Below are positions 1-9,450 of a stretch of DNA of 57,431 bases, in pieces. Each line of letters starts with the position of its first letter. Position 1 is the stretch's first letter. Made by a program: the position numbers and the translations under genes. The DNA is taken from assembly GCA_016213235.1 (NCBI GenBank), contig JACRBE010000016.1:1-57431 (forward strand), in the 5' to 3' direction. Under the pieces are notes generated by a model. That model was not told where the DNA came from. It did no database searches and saw only the letters and a program-made list of their open reading frames with translations. The DNA is from Chlamydiales bacterium. Its GTDB lineage: Bacteria; Chlamydiota; Chlamydiia; Chlamydiales; JACRBE01.

Positions 1-939
1 AAATATACTTATGATCTAAATGGCGGAAGACGTGCAATAGAGATCGGGAAACTGGGGACACTTTGTTCTCAATTTTATTTTCTCGTCATAGAAGATCAGG
101 AGATTGGACTCTACGATGCAAATGGAAATCTTATCCAGCTTAGAGTTCCGGGTGCTGCACCATATGAAGATATGGTTCAGCCGATTGCTATTGAAACTCC
201 GGATGCCACATATGCTCCGATACTTAGTTATTCAGGTAATATATTGAAACTTGTGGATACTACCACAAAGGAAATAATCTCCTTTGATAAACTTGATCCC
301 TTCGCGCAAAACATGATGGAATATGCTATATCGAATCCGATTACTCCATGGATTTACGCAGCTAAACACTGCGATTCCGAGTCAGGACTTATTTACTTTG
401 GCTCCAGATATTATGATTCTGATACCAGAAGATGGATTACGCTCGATCCTCTAGGACGCGTGCAGGTTGCAAACCTGTACAATTATGTGATGAATAATCC
501 CTTGCTGCTAATTGATGAGGATGGAGAGTCTTTTGCACTAGCTATTCCTGTTTTGAAATGGGGAGCAAAAAAGATAGCTATCAGTTTCATCCCCGGCATA
601 GGACAAGCTTTAACTTTAATTAGTGGAGCGATGGCACTCTATGAAAGTGCAAAGATCGGTTATCAGCTTTATAACAAATGGAAAGATGAAAAAACAGATC
701 CTCCTTATGATGGAGAAAAATTAGGTGAGGATCCTTCAAAATGTCCCGGAGAGGGATTTGAATGGAAAGAAAAAGGCTCTCCAAGCAGCGGAAAAGGTGC
801 TTGGTTTAATAAAAGAAAAGAACAATTTCTTCATCCTGATTTTAATCATCCGGGAGACGTGAAACCTCATTGGGATTATAATGGCCCTGAAGGAGAAGCT
901 CAGTTGTTTTTAGATGGTACATGGAGTCCGAAACCATGA
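1..939 (+). CDS. RHS repeat protein, 5'-partial, with C-terminal Ntox37-like polymorphic toxin domain
   Basis: Frame is open from base 1 (KYTYDLNG...). Shows an RHS-associated core (DSESGLIYFGSRYYDS..RWITLDPLG..NLYNYVMNNPLLLIDEDG) and a tip PGEGFEWKEKG..GKGAWFN..LHPDFNHPGDVKPHWDY resembling Ntox37. Confidence 0.85.
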   Translation, partial: KYTYDLNGGRRAIEIGKLGTLCSQFYFLVIEDQEIGLYDANGNLIQLRVPGAAPYEDMVQPIAIETPDATYAPILSYSGNILKLVDTTTKEIISFDKLDPFAQNMMEYAISNPITPWIYAAKHCDSESGLIYFGSRYYDSDTRRWITLDPLGRVQVANLYNYVMNNPLLLIDEDGESFALAIPVLKWGAKKIAISFIPGIGQALTLISGAMALYESAKIGYQLYNKWKDEKTDPPYDGEKLGEDPSKCPGEGFEWKEKGSPSSGKGAWFNKRKEQFLHPDFNHPGDVKPHWDYNGPEGEAQLFLDGTWSPKP

Positions 940-1601
940 GTGCTTTAAGACCTTTAAAAAAGTATATAGTAGAGGGAAATCAGCAGGTAATTGCATATTT
1001 TAAAGACAAAATAGAAGGAGAGACTGCCTTTTCTAAAGCTCTTCTTTCTTCAATTAATTTTGATCAGGGGCAATTTTTTACTCTACTACCTGAAAATGCG
1101 GATTTGCATTTTCTTTATCAATTGCAATCAACTCAGATCTTACCTCAGGATCTAGTAGGTGAGATATATATTGAAAGCTTGGCACAAACTTTTTGTGGAA
1201 GATGGGTTAATTCTATGGAAGAAGAAATCGTTGATTATTTAGATCAATATATAAAAAAACACCCATCTTTATTTTATCTTTTTGATGATGTGCTTCGAGA
1301 CTATCCTAATGACATACCTAAAGAACTAATAAATCATGTAAGAAGTCACAATCAAGAGATCTATTATGTAGTTAATGAGACAACCTCAAATAAAGAAACC
1401 ATAAAAAGAATCATATTCAGTTCGAATGCAATATGGCATATGCTTGGTGTATGTATTGATAATATTACACTAGAAAAATTAAAAGAACCTCTCTCTTCTG
1501 AAGATGTAATGTCTCTTGCGAAAAATATACAGTTTATTATGACTCGAGCCTATGATGGGGCGGGATATTTGTTCTGGGAGAAAGGCAAGATCAAACACTA
1601 A
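936..1601 (+). CDS. Putative cognate immunity protein of the RHS toxin
   Basis: Directly downstream of the toxin; ATG at 936 overlaps the toxin stop (ATGA). The ORF track starts it at 921. Paralogous to 1688..2125. Confidence 0.65.
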   Translation: MSALRPLKKYIVEGNQQVIAYFKDKIEGETAFSKALLSSINFDQGQFFTLLPENADLHFLYQLQSTQILPQDLVGEIYIESLAQTFCGRWVNSMEEEIVDYLDQYIKKHPSLFYLFDDVLRDYPNDIPKELINHVRSHNQEIYYVVNETTSNKETIKRIIFSSNAIWHMLGVCIDNITLEKLKEPLSSEDVMSLAKNIQFIMTRAYDGAGYLFWEKGKIKH

Positions 1602-1622
1602 ATTTTTTCAAAAGTCAAAAGA

Positions 1623-1685
1623 TATGTGGATTCTAGAGGTAATGGATATGATTTATTTCTTGATGGAACATGGAAAGAAAATTAA
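1623..1685 (+). pseudogene. Relic 3' end of a second toxin tip (YVDSRGNGYDLFLDGTWKEN*)
   Basis: Shares LFLDGTW with the toxin C-terminus (AQLFLDGTWSPKP*) and sits just before the second immunity paralog. Confidence 0.7.
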
Positions 1686-1687
1686 TA

Positions 1688-2125
1688 ATGAAAGAATATA
1701 AAAAATATTTTTTAGAATTTGATAGTGCTTATAATTATTTCGTTAATTATCTGAATGATGGAAATAGCCTTGCAAAGCAATTAAGGAACAAGATTGCTTT
1801 TGAAAAGGGTAGTTTTTTTGCGTTAACCTCTTTACAAGCGGATTTAACTAAAATTAATGAGTTTAAAATAGGGGAAATACTTCCGGCAAATCCAATAATT
1901 GAAAAGAAGGTATTAGGAGAAAATTATCAAGCTAGAGTCCAAAGTACTTCATTTAATGAGTTAGCAGCTTTCATTCAGCAACAAATATCTAAAAATCCAA
2001 CATTATTTTGCATTTTTGAAGACGTTATCCGAATTCATCTACCTACAGAAAAAGAGCTAGAGGCCGAATTAAAACGAGAAATCAAAGAAATTGAAGGTTT
2101 AACTATCAAAGGGTTAAAGAGATAA
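1688..2125 (+). pseudogene. Orphan immunity paralog, C-terminally truncated and fused to a DUF1016/YhcG-like tail
   Basis: Aligns with 936..1601 (KKY..YF..F..G.FF.L...AD......ILP ... F.DV.R), then switches to HLPTEKELEAELKREIKEI. Confidence 0.6.
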
Positions 2126-2175
2126 GAAGATTCGCCACGCACTGCGTGGTGAATTCAGGTCTGTAAGGGATAATT

Positions 2176-2306
2176 CTAGTTTAGGTAGCAAGGAACGGAA
2201 AACTCCGTTAAGGGTCGGCCTCCTCTTCTTTTGGGTTGCGTAACGAGCGCAAATTTCCTTGAATAACAGATTCCGGTACTGCGAATGAATAGCGTCCCAG
2301 CATATT
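2176..2306 (-). mobile_element. Tn3-family transposon right-end relic: tnpA C-terminus plus degenerate ~38-bp inverted repeat
   Basis: Minus strand 2306..2208 reads NMLGRYSFAVPESVIQGNLRSLRNPKEEEADP*. Bases 2176-2212 (ctagtttaggtagcaaggaacggaaaactccgttaag) resemble the Tn3 IR pattern ...GGAACGAAAACTCACGTTAAG. Confidence 0.8.
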
Positions 2307-2307
2307 C

Positions 2308-2390
2308 CCCCTATGTCAGCATAGGGGTCTGCATATTACATAAAACTCCTTTTAGTTTATCTAAAAGCGACAACTATGCTGATATAGGGG
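2308..2390. repeat. Short element bounded by 17-bp inverted repeats (MITE-like)
   Basis: cccctatgtcagcatag (2308) and ctatgctgatatagggg (2374) are reverse complements at 16 of 17 positions. Confidence 0.5.
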
Positions 2391-2555
2391 GGGGGATGAC
2401 TCAGAGCTGCTGGATTGATCAGTGTTTTTGTTGCTTTCCTGCTTGCTTGAAGGAAATTGGGGCCTTGGTTTTTGTCCTTTAAGAACGGCAATTTCATCTT
2501 TCAGTTGTTGCACTAATTCCTTGAAAAAAGCCAATTTGTTTGTTAAAATGTCGAT
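2391..2555 (-). mobile_element. IS66-like transposase N-terminal relic
   Basis: Minus strand reads IDILTNKLAFFKELVQQLKDEIAVLKGQKPRPQFPSSKQE. LKDEIA.LKGQK.RP is recalled as typical of IS66-like transposase N-termini. There is no start codon and a stop lies immediately upstream. Confidence 0.55.
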
Positions 2556-2577
2556 TTATTGTTTGGGAGAGAATCAA

Positions 2578-2623
2578 GAAGCAATCCCTCTACTAACAAT
2601 TTAGTTAGTAGAGGGATTGCTTC
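2578..2623 (-). terminator. Hairpin with a 20-bp perfect stem downstream of clpC
   Basis: gaagcaatccctctactaac-aattta-gttagtagagggattgcttc. Confidence 0.8.
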
Positions 2624-2629
2624 GTTTTC

Positions 2630-5179
2630 TTAACTCTCTGCTGCAGCAGCTTCTAGCTTTTTATCTTTTTTCTTCTTTACAGGCTCTTTTGGCTCTTTTT
2701 TCTTTTTCTTATCAACAAAAACTAACTTTTCCTCTTCTACAGTAACAAGGAATTCTGTTTCTAAATCAGGCTCTGATAAGAGTCTTTCTGCAAGAGGATC
2801 TTCCAGTTCTTGTGTGATCACTCTTCGAATTGGTCTTGCTCCCATCTCCGGCTGGAATCCTTTGCTTACAAGAAAAGCTTTTGCTTTTTCATCAATCTCA
2901 AGTGTAACATTGCGTTTTGCAAGTCGTTTTTGTAATTTTTTCACCTCTAAATCAATGATGTTTGCAAGTTGAGGCTTATCAAGAGCTCTGAATATTACAA
3001 TGCTATCTAAACGGTTCATAAACTCCGGCTTAAAGTGCTTTTTCACCGCTTTTTCAATCTTGTCTTGCATATCCTGGTGGTTAATGAATCCATCTTCTGT
3101 GCCAAAGCCAACCTCTGTTGATTTACGAATCAGATCAGAACCCAGGTTGGAAGTCATAATGATCACGGTATTTCTAAAATCAATTTTTCTTCCAAGGGAA
3201 TCGGTTAATCTACCTTCTTCCAGTATTTGAAGAAGAAGGTTCAATACATCAGGATGCGCTTTTTCTACTTCATCAAAGAGTACAACGGAATAGGGGCGTT
3301 GACGCACCTGTTCTGTTAGTTGACCACCCTCTTCATATCCAACATATCCCGGAGGAGACCCTGTCATTTTCGATACAGCAAATTTTTCCATGTACTCTGT
3401 CATGTCGACTTGTATCAATGCGTCTTCTCCACCAAATAGTTGGACAGCCAGTTGCCTTGCAACAAGCGTTTTACCAACACCAGTAGGTCCTAAGAATAAA
3501 AATGCCCCAATAGGACGATTCGGATCTTTGATATCAGCCTTGCTGCGACGTATCGCTTTGCAAACAGTTTGGATCGCCTCATCTTGCCCTACGACGCTCT
3601 CTTTAAGAGTCTCTTGCATTTTTAAGACTTTTTGCGATTCTGCCTCCGTTAGCCTTGATACAGGAATACCAGTTACTTTGGATACAACCTTTGCAACATC
3701 ATCTTCATCAACCACTACTTTGTTTTCTTCTTTATTTCTTTCCCATTCGGTGCGAATTAGCTGTAATTTTTCTCTCAAGTTTTTTTCATTATCTCGAAGC
3801 TTGGCAGCTTTTTCGTATTCTTGTTTGCCAATCGCTTCTTCTTTTGCAAGACGCAATGTTTCGATATTTTCCTCTAACTCTGTAATTTCCTGTGGTTGGT
3901 GTAACATAGAAATTCTAGCTTTTGCTCCGGCTTCATCTAATAGGTCGATTGCTTTATCCGGTAAGAATCTACCTGCGATATAACGATCTGATAAAATAAC
4001 AGCGCTAGATATGGCGGTGTCAGTATAAGAACATTTATGATGTTCTTCATACTTCGATTTTAGTCCTGTTAAAATTTCAATAGAATCAGAGACTGTTGGA
4101 GGTGCTATCATGATTTTTTGAAATCTACGCTCCAGTGCTGCATCTTTTTCAATATGTTTTCTATATTCATCTAACGTTGTCGCTCCAATACATTGAATTT
4201 CTCCACGAGAAAGAGCAGGTTTTAAGATGTTGGAAGCATCAATAGCACCCTCTGCTGCCCCAGCGCCAACAATGGTATGCATTTCATCGATGAATAGTAA
4301 AATATTCCCATGCTTTTTTACTTCATCCATTACTGCTTTAATTCTCTCTTCAAATTGCCCACGATATTTCGTTCCGGCAATCATGAGAGTAAGATCTAAG
4401 GAGATAAGTTTTTTTCTAGCCAGGTTGTCTGGCACGTCACCAGAAATAATGGCATGCGCAAGCCCCTCCACAATAGCTGTCTTTCCAACACCTGCTTCTC
4501 CAATTAAAACAGGATTGTTTTTTCTCCTTCTGCAAAGTATTAGAATAAGACGCTCTACCTCTTCTTTTCTTCCAATCACAGGATCTAACTTGCCTTCCTT
4601 GCACAGCTCTGTTAAGTCATGACCATATGCCTTAAGTGCCGGCATTTTCTCTCCGGAAGCAGCAGTAGACTGTGTTTTTTCCTGATTGCCTTTGGTGGGA
4701 TTATTAGAAGCTATCATTCCCATTGGAGGTAATTGTAAATTAAATGTTTCGAGCTCTTTTAATACCTCTTTTCGTATCTCTTTTAAATTGATATTCAGAT
4801 TTTCGAGTATTTGAGCCGCAACACCATCTGATTGGCGGATAAGAGCGAGTAGTAAATGCTCTGTACCCACGTAGTTGTGATTTAAGCTGGCAGCCTCTTC
4901 ATTTGCATACTCAAAGACTTTTTTTACTTTTCCCGTTAAGGTAGGATCTCCATATACTTGTACCTCAGGCCCAAAACCAACAATTCTCTCTACTTCCGCA
5001 AGTATTGTTTCATAGTCGATATTTAAATTTTTGAGGACATTAACTGCAATGCCCTGACCTAATTTCATTAGCCCAAGCAAAATATGCTCTGTCCCCAAAT
5101 AATTATGGTTGAGTTTTTGTGCCTCTTTTTTTGCAAGCTTGATTACTTGTTTGGCTCTGTTGGTAAACTTGTCAAACAT
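2630..5179 (-). CDS. clpC: ATP-dependent Clp protease ATP-binding subunit ClpC
   Basis: Clp_N repeats, Walker A motifs GEAGVGKT and GPTGVGKT, and a UVR-type M domain ([16 protein letters not shown]). Confidence 0.97.
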   Translation of the reverse strand: MFDKFTNRAKQVIKLAKKEAQKLNHNYLGTEHILLGLMKLGQGIAVNVLKNLNIDYETILAEVERIVGFGPEVQVYGDPTLTGKVKKVFEYANEEAASLNHNYVGTEHLLLALIRQSDGVAAQILENLNINLKEIRKEVLKELETFNLQLPPMGMIASNNPTKGNQEKTQSTAASGEKMPALKAYGHDLTELCKEGKLDPVIGRKEEVERLILILCRRRKNNPVLIGEAGVGKTAIVEGLAHAIISGDVPDNLARKKLISLDLTLMIAGTKYRGQFEERIKAVMDEVKKHGNILLFIDEMHTIVGAGAAEGAIDASNILKPALSRGEIQCIGATTLDEYRKHIEKDAALERRFQKIMIAPPTVSDSIEILTGLKSKYEEHHKCSYTDTAISSAVILSDRYIAGRFLPDKAIDLLDEAGAKARISMLHQPQEITELEENIETLRLAKEEAIGKQEYEKAAKLRDNEKNLREKLQLIRTEWERNKEENKVVVDEDDVAKVVSKVTGIPVSRLTEAESQKVLKMQETLKESVVGQDEAIQTVCKAIRRSKADIKDPNRPIGAFLFLGPTGVGKTLVARQLAVQLFGGEDALIQVDMTEYMEKFAVSKMTGSPPGYVGYEEGGQLTEQVRQRPYSVVLFDEVEKAHPDVLNLLLQILEEGRLTDSLGRKIDFRNTVIIMTSNLGSDLIRKSTEVGFGTEDGFINHQDMQDKIEKAVKKHFKPEFMNRLDSIVIFRALDKPQLANIIDLEVKKLQKRLAKRNVTLEIDEKAKAFLVSKGFQPEMGARPIRRVITQELEDPLAERLLSEPDLETEFLVTVEEEKLVFVDKKKKKEPKEPVKKKKDKKLEAAAAES

Positions 5180-5356
5180 GGATTATACCTTATTTTTATA
5201 TATGGTTTATCTTCAATCATAACAGAAAGTATATTATTATTGTCAGAAACAGCCAAAAAGGGCTAGCTGTGAGTTCTGTTATAAATCGTCATTCTAGCCA
5301 GTAGGCTGTTTTTTGGCAAAAATGTTTTAAAACATTAATAGTGAGAATGTTATTTC

Positions 5357-6082
5357 ATGTGGAACATAATAGACAGTGGTGTACAGTCCGCAAAAGTCAA
5401 TATGGAAATGGATGAAGAGCTCCTTCAACATATAAAAGAAGGGGATGATCCGATTTTACATTTTTATGACTGGGCACAACCTTCTATTACCTATGGTTAT
5501 TTTATTAATAAGGATAAATTACTTCATCATCATGGACTACAAAAGTGGTCCCTTGATATGGCGCGTAGACCAACAGGAGGTGGTATTGTATTTCACCTAT
5601 GGGATCTTGCTTTTTCTGTTATTGTACCGGCATCCCATGAAGGGTTTTTTGAAAATACAATGGAAAATTATCGATACATCAATCAAAAAGTGCTAGCCGC
5701 TGCCATGAAATATTTACATCTGTTTTCTCCTATGGAATTGCTCCAACAAGAATCTCTTCCTATGAGTAAAGATTGTGCCCATTTTTGTATGGCAAAACCA
5801 ACACAATACGATGTGATGATGAAAGGTAAAAAGATAGCAGGTGCTGCTCAAAGAAGAAAAAGACATGGATATTTACACCAGGGAACCATTGCTCTTGCAA
5901 AACCAATAGAGCATATTTTACAAGATACTTTGATAGATCCAAAAGTAATCGAAGCCATGGGGGTAAATACATTTTATTTTCTGCAAGAAGGATGGTCTGC
6001 TCAGGATTTAACTTCCGCAAGAGAAAAGTTCAAATTTTTATTGAAACAGTCTTTCGTGGAAACTAAATTCGATATGCATTAG
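5357..6082 (+). CDS. lplA: Lipoate-protein ligase A family protein
   Basis: RRPTGGGIVFH and GKKIAGAAQRR motifs; divergent from clpC as in Chlamydia. Confidence 0.9.
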   Translation: MWNIIDSGVQSAKVNMEMDEELLQHIKEGDDPILHFYDWAQPSITYGYFINKDKLLHHHGLQKWSLDMARRPTGGGIVFHLWDLAFSVIVPASHEGFFENTMENYRYINQKVLAAAMKYLHLFSPMELLQQESLPMSKDCAHFCMAKPTQYDVMMKGKKIAGAAQRRKRHGYLHQGTIALAKPIEHILQDTLIDPKVIEAMGVNTFYFLQEGWSAQDLTSAREKFKFLLKQSFVETKFDMH

Positions 6083-6111
6083 AATGACCAGGTAAAAAAT
6101 AAGGTTTTCCC

Positions 6112-7629
6112 ATGAGTAAAAGAAGCGCTATATCACCAACTAGAGCAGAGGATTATTCCTCATGGTATCAAGAAGTAATTAAAGCGGCAGATTTAGCAGA
6201 ACATTCTCCTGTGCGTGGATGTATGGTAATTAAGCCATGGGGATATGGTATTTGGGAGAATATAAGAGGGATATTAGATAAAAAATTTAAAGCAACAGGA
6301 CATCAAAACGCCTACTTTCCCTTATTTATTCCTCTTAGTTATTTTCAAAAAGAGGCTACTCATGTCGAGGGTTTTGCAACAGAGTGCGCTATTGTTACGC
6401 ATCATAGATTAGAAAAAAATGCAGAAGGCAAACTAGAAGTAGCATCTGAGTTAGAAGAGCCGTTAATTGTGAGACCAACATCAGAAATGATGATTGGAGA
6501 GATGTTTGCAAAATGGATCGAATCTTATCGCGACCTCCCATTAAAATTAAATCAATGGGCCAATGTTGTTAGATGGGAAATGAGAACAAGATTATTTCTT
6601 AGAACAGCAGAATTCTTATGGCAAGAAGGTCATACAGCGCATGCTACAAAAGAAGAGGCGCTTACACATACTAAAACGATGTTAGATGTTTATACAGAGG
6701 TGTGCAAAAACTATCTTGCTCTTCCATCAATACCAGGAAAAAAAACAGAACACGAACGCTTTCCTGGTGCTGAAGAAACTTTTACATTTGAAATGATGAT
6801 GCAAGATAGAAAAGCTCTACAAGGTGGAACCTCCCACTTTCTTGGGCAAAATTTTGCAAAAGCATCACAAATCAAATTCAAAAGTAAAGAGGGTAACGAC
6901 GAATTTGTATGGACTACCTCTTGGGGTTTTACGACAAGAATTATTGGTGCAATGATCATGGTCCACAGCGATGATGATGGATTTGTTTTACCTCCTAAAG
7001 TAGCCCCATCTCATATTGTAATTATTCCTATTGTTCCTAAAGAAGAGTTAAGACAAGGTATCTTGGACTTTGCAGCAAAAATACAAAAACAATTATCAGA
7101 GATCTCTTATGCAGGAATCCCTGTTGATGTGATAGTAGATGAGCGGGATATGACAAATGGAGAAAAGAATTGGTTCTGGATTAAAAAGGGTATCCCTATC
7201 CGTATAGAAATAGGACCAAAAGAGGTAGAAAATAAAAGCTTAAGCATCGCTTTTCGTCATAGAGGGCATAAAGATAAAATAAACTTATCTCTTGATGAAC
7301 TATCCTCCCAGTTGGTAACACTATTGGATGATATGCATCAAAGTCTTTATAAAAAAGCGAATCTCTTTTTGAAAGAACATACCAAAGATATTACCGATAA
7401 AAAAGCCTTTTACCAGTTTTTTACTCCAAATGATGCAGAAAAGCCGGAAATACATGGTGGCTTTGCTAAAGTATATTATGCAGGTAATACGGACATTGAA
7501 AAGAGCCTGAAAGAGGAGCTTGGTGTAACGATCCGATGTATCCCACTTGAGCAATCCGGCAAGAGAGGAACTTGTATCTTTACAGGTAAAGAAACAAACA
7601 CTCAAGTAATTTTTGCAAAAGCCTATTAA
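6112..7629 (+). CDS. proS: Proline--tRNA ligase, archaeal/eukaryote-like type
   Basis: VRPTSE, QWANVVRWEMRTRLFLRTAEFLWQEGHT, GTSHFLGQNFAK and a C-terminal AKAY; no INS editing domain. Confidence 0.97.
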   Translation: MSKRSAISPTRAEDYSSWYQEVIKAADLAEHSPVRGCMVIKPWGYGIWENIRGILDKKFKATGHQNAYFPLFIPLSYFQKEATHVEGFATECAIVTHHRLEKNAEGKLEVASELEEPLIVRPTSEMMIGEMFAKWIESYRDLPLKLNQWANVVRWEMRTRLFLRTAEFLWQEGHTAHATKEEALTHTKTMLDVYTEVCKNYLALPSIPGKKTEHERFPGAEETFTFEMMMQDRKALQGGTSHFLGQNFAKASQIKFKSKEGNDEFVWTTSWGFTTRIIGAMIMVHSDDDGFVLPPKVAPSHIVIIPIVPKEELRQGILDFAAKIQKQLSEISYAGIPVDVIVDERDMTNGEKNWFWIKKGIPIRIEIGPKEVENKSLSIAFRHRGHKDKINLSLDELSSQLVTLLDDMHQSLYKKANLFLKEHTKDITDKKAFYQFFTPNDAEKPEIHGGFAKVYYAGNTDIEKSLKEELGVTIRCIPLEQSGKRGTCIFTGKETNTQVIFAKAY

Positions 7630-7857
7630 TCTATAGATAAGGTAGTTTGTTGATTATAATTGATTAAATATCAATACACTAAGAAAGCGATTGTAAAATC
7701 TGTATCTGATAGTTAAAAATGCCTTGGAAAATCTATAAGTGATATGGTTTTATAAGCAAAAAAACGCTCACCTCTTGATAAAATGTAAATTATTTGGTAG
7801 GGATGTAGATGGTATATAGATGCAATAATAGTTATTAGATCGTATTTTAAGGAAACA

Positions 7858-9060
7858 ATGCGTCCGGAAAAATCAAATAAGCCACAATTTATCATTTTGT
7901 TGCTTCTCGTATCGTTTGCCTCGGTTGGAGCTGTTCTTTTTACGCCGGCACTTCCTTCCATCACATTATTTTTTCATGTGACGGAGAGTCAATCACAATT
8001 TACTATTACTTCTTATCTTATTGGGTATGCTTTAGGACAACTTCCTTATGGCCCTATAGCCAATAGATTTGGAAGAAAAACTACTCTTTATATGGGTATT
8101 TCTTTAGCAATTATAGGATCTTTGCTATGCGCTTTTTCATCACCGCTTCATTCATTTGGATTATTAGTTATGGCGCGGTTTTTGCAAGCAATTGGTTCTT
8201 GTGTTGGTCTAAAAATCAGTTTTACCATGGTTGCTGATGTCTATAACCAAAAAGATGCAACAAAAATGATCTCTCGTATCCTTATTGCATTTGCTATCAT
8301 GCCGGGGATTGCAATGGCCATTGGAGGATGGTTAACTCAATTATTTAACTGGGAAAGCTGCTTTTATTTCCTTGCTCTTTTTGGAGTATTTGTTTTATGT
8401 CTCTCTTCCAAATTACCGGAAACAGCAAAATCATTGGATCGTAATGCTCTAAATATATCTTCGATCATTCATGGTTATGCATTAAAATTTAAGAACAAAC
8501 GCCTTGTAATCAGTGGATTCATGATGGGTTGTGGGTCTGCCGTAGCATATGTCTTTGCTTCAAAAGCGCCTTTTATCGGAATCATCTTACTTGGACTCGA
8601 ACCCGATATCTTTGGTACTTATAACCTAATTCCTCTCTTGGGGATGTTGCTCGGAGCGCTTTTAGCTGCTAAACTATCAGGGCGATTTTCCCTACTTGGT
8701 ATTCTTCTGACAGGAATTGTGGCCTCTCTTATAGCAACCTTTACCATGTTAATACCATTTTCAATAGGAAGGCTCAATCCTGTATCTTTATTTGTCCCAA
8801 TGTTTTTGATTTATCTAGCTGAATCCCTTGTTTTTGCTAATATCTCATCTTTTGGTTTAGCGAATGCAAAAAACAAAGCAAATGGCTCAGCAGTATTGAA
8901 TTTTATCAACTTAAGCACCACGGTTGTGGCGGTTCTCTTATTAGAATTCATTTATCCGGAATCAGTTGTTTTACTACCCCTTAGTTTTATTATTTTCTTT
9001 TTTATTATGTTTTTACTCTGGATCTATCTTAGAAAACTTGATGCTACTACATCATCTTAA
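7858..9060 (+). CDS. Bcr/CflA-family (DHA1) MFS efflux transporter
   Basis: About 12 hydrophobic segments; PALPSI and GQLPYGPIANRFGRK (MFS motif A). Confidence 0.88.
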   Translation: MRPEKSNKPQFIILLLLVSFASVGAVLFTPALPSITLFFHVTESQSQFTITSYLIGYALGQLPYGPIANRFGRKTTLYMGISLAIIGSLLCAFSSPLHSFGLLVMARFLQAIGSCVGLKISFTMVADVYNQKDATKMISRILIAFAIMPGIAMAIGGWLTQLFNWESCFYFLALFGVFVLCLSSKLPETAKSLDRNALNISSIIHGYALKFKNKRLVISGFMMGCGSAVAYVFASKAPFIGIILLGLEPDIFGTYNLIPLLGMLLGALLAAKLSGRFSLLGILLTGIVASLIATFTMLIPFSIGRLNPVSLFVPMFLIYLAESLVFANISSFGLANAKNKANGSAVLNFINLSTTVVAVLLLEFIYPESVVLLPLSFIIFFFIMFLLWIYLRKLDATTSS

Positions 9061-9062
9061 GT

Positions 9063-9368
9063 TTAATGTACCGTAGGCATGCGACGACAACAACGAATTA
9101 AGGAGCGAATTTTTGGTTTTTGAGTCCGTAGCTTCCATAAATCTAATGCCATTTGAGCATTAAGCCAAAAGGTAGGAGTTGTATCAAAAGCTGCAGCGAA
9201 TTTAATTGCCATTTCCGGTGTTATACTAGCCTTTTCATTAATAATACGATTAATTACTTTATGGTCACAACTAAGATAGCTTGCTAATTCCTTTTGGGTC
9301 AGTCTTAAAGGCACAAGGAATTCTTCAAATAGAATTTCTCCGGGAGAGGTGGGCTTGCGTTGCATCAT
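9063..9368 (-). CDS. higA: HigA-family antitoxin (XRE HTH), orphan
   Basis: PTSPGEILFEEFL.P..LTQKELA and ITPEMAIKFAAAFDTTPTFWLNAQ. Confidence 0.9.
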   Translation of the reverse strand: MMQRKPTSPGEILFEEFLVPLRLTQKELASYLSCDHKVINRIINEKASITPEMAIKFAAAFDTTPTFWLNAQMALDLWKLRTQKPKIRSLIRCCRRMPTVH

Positions 9369-9450
9369 TAACCTGTTTATAATGAATGTTAAAAAAATAA
9401 TTTTTCATTGTTAAATATTACGAGCTAGGATTCGTAGTATGCAGATGATT

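Noticed and set aside
2232..2252. gggttgcgtaacgagcgcaa resembles a conserved 16S rRNA motif
   Set aside because: The match is only about 12 nt, and the stretch is explained as the antisense of the Tn3 tnpA relic.
2285..2604. ORF-track 65-aa and 60-aa plus-strand ORFs
   Set aside because: They are antisense shadows of transposase relics and run into the clpC terminator.
3000..4622. Long plus-strand ORFs (up to 197 aa) inside clpC
   Set aside because: They are antisense frames of a conserved gene with no independent motifs. The same applies to the shadow ORFs in proS, nqr, dnaA, ftsI, gnd, lepA and npt1.
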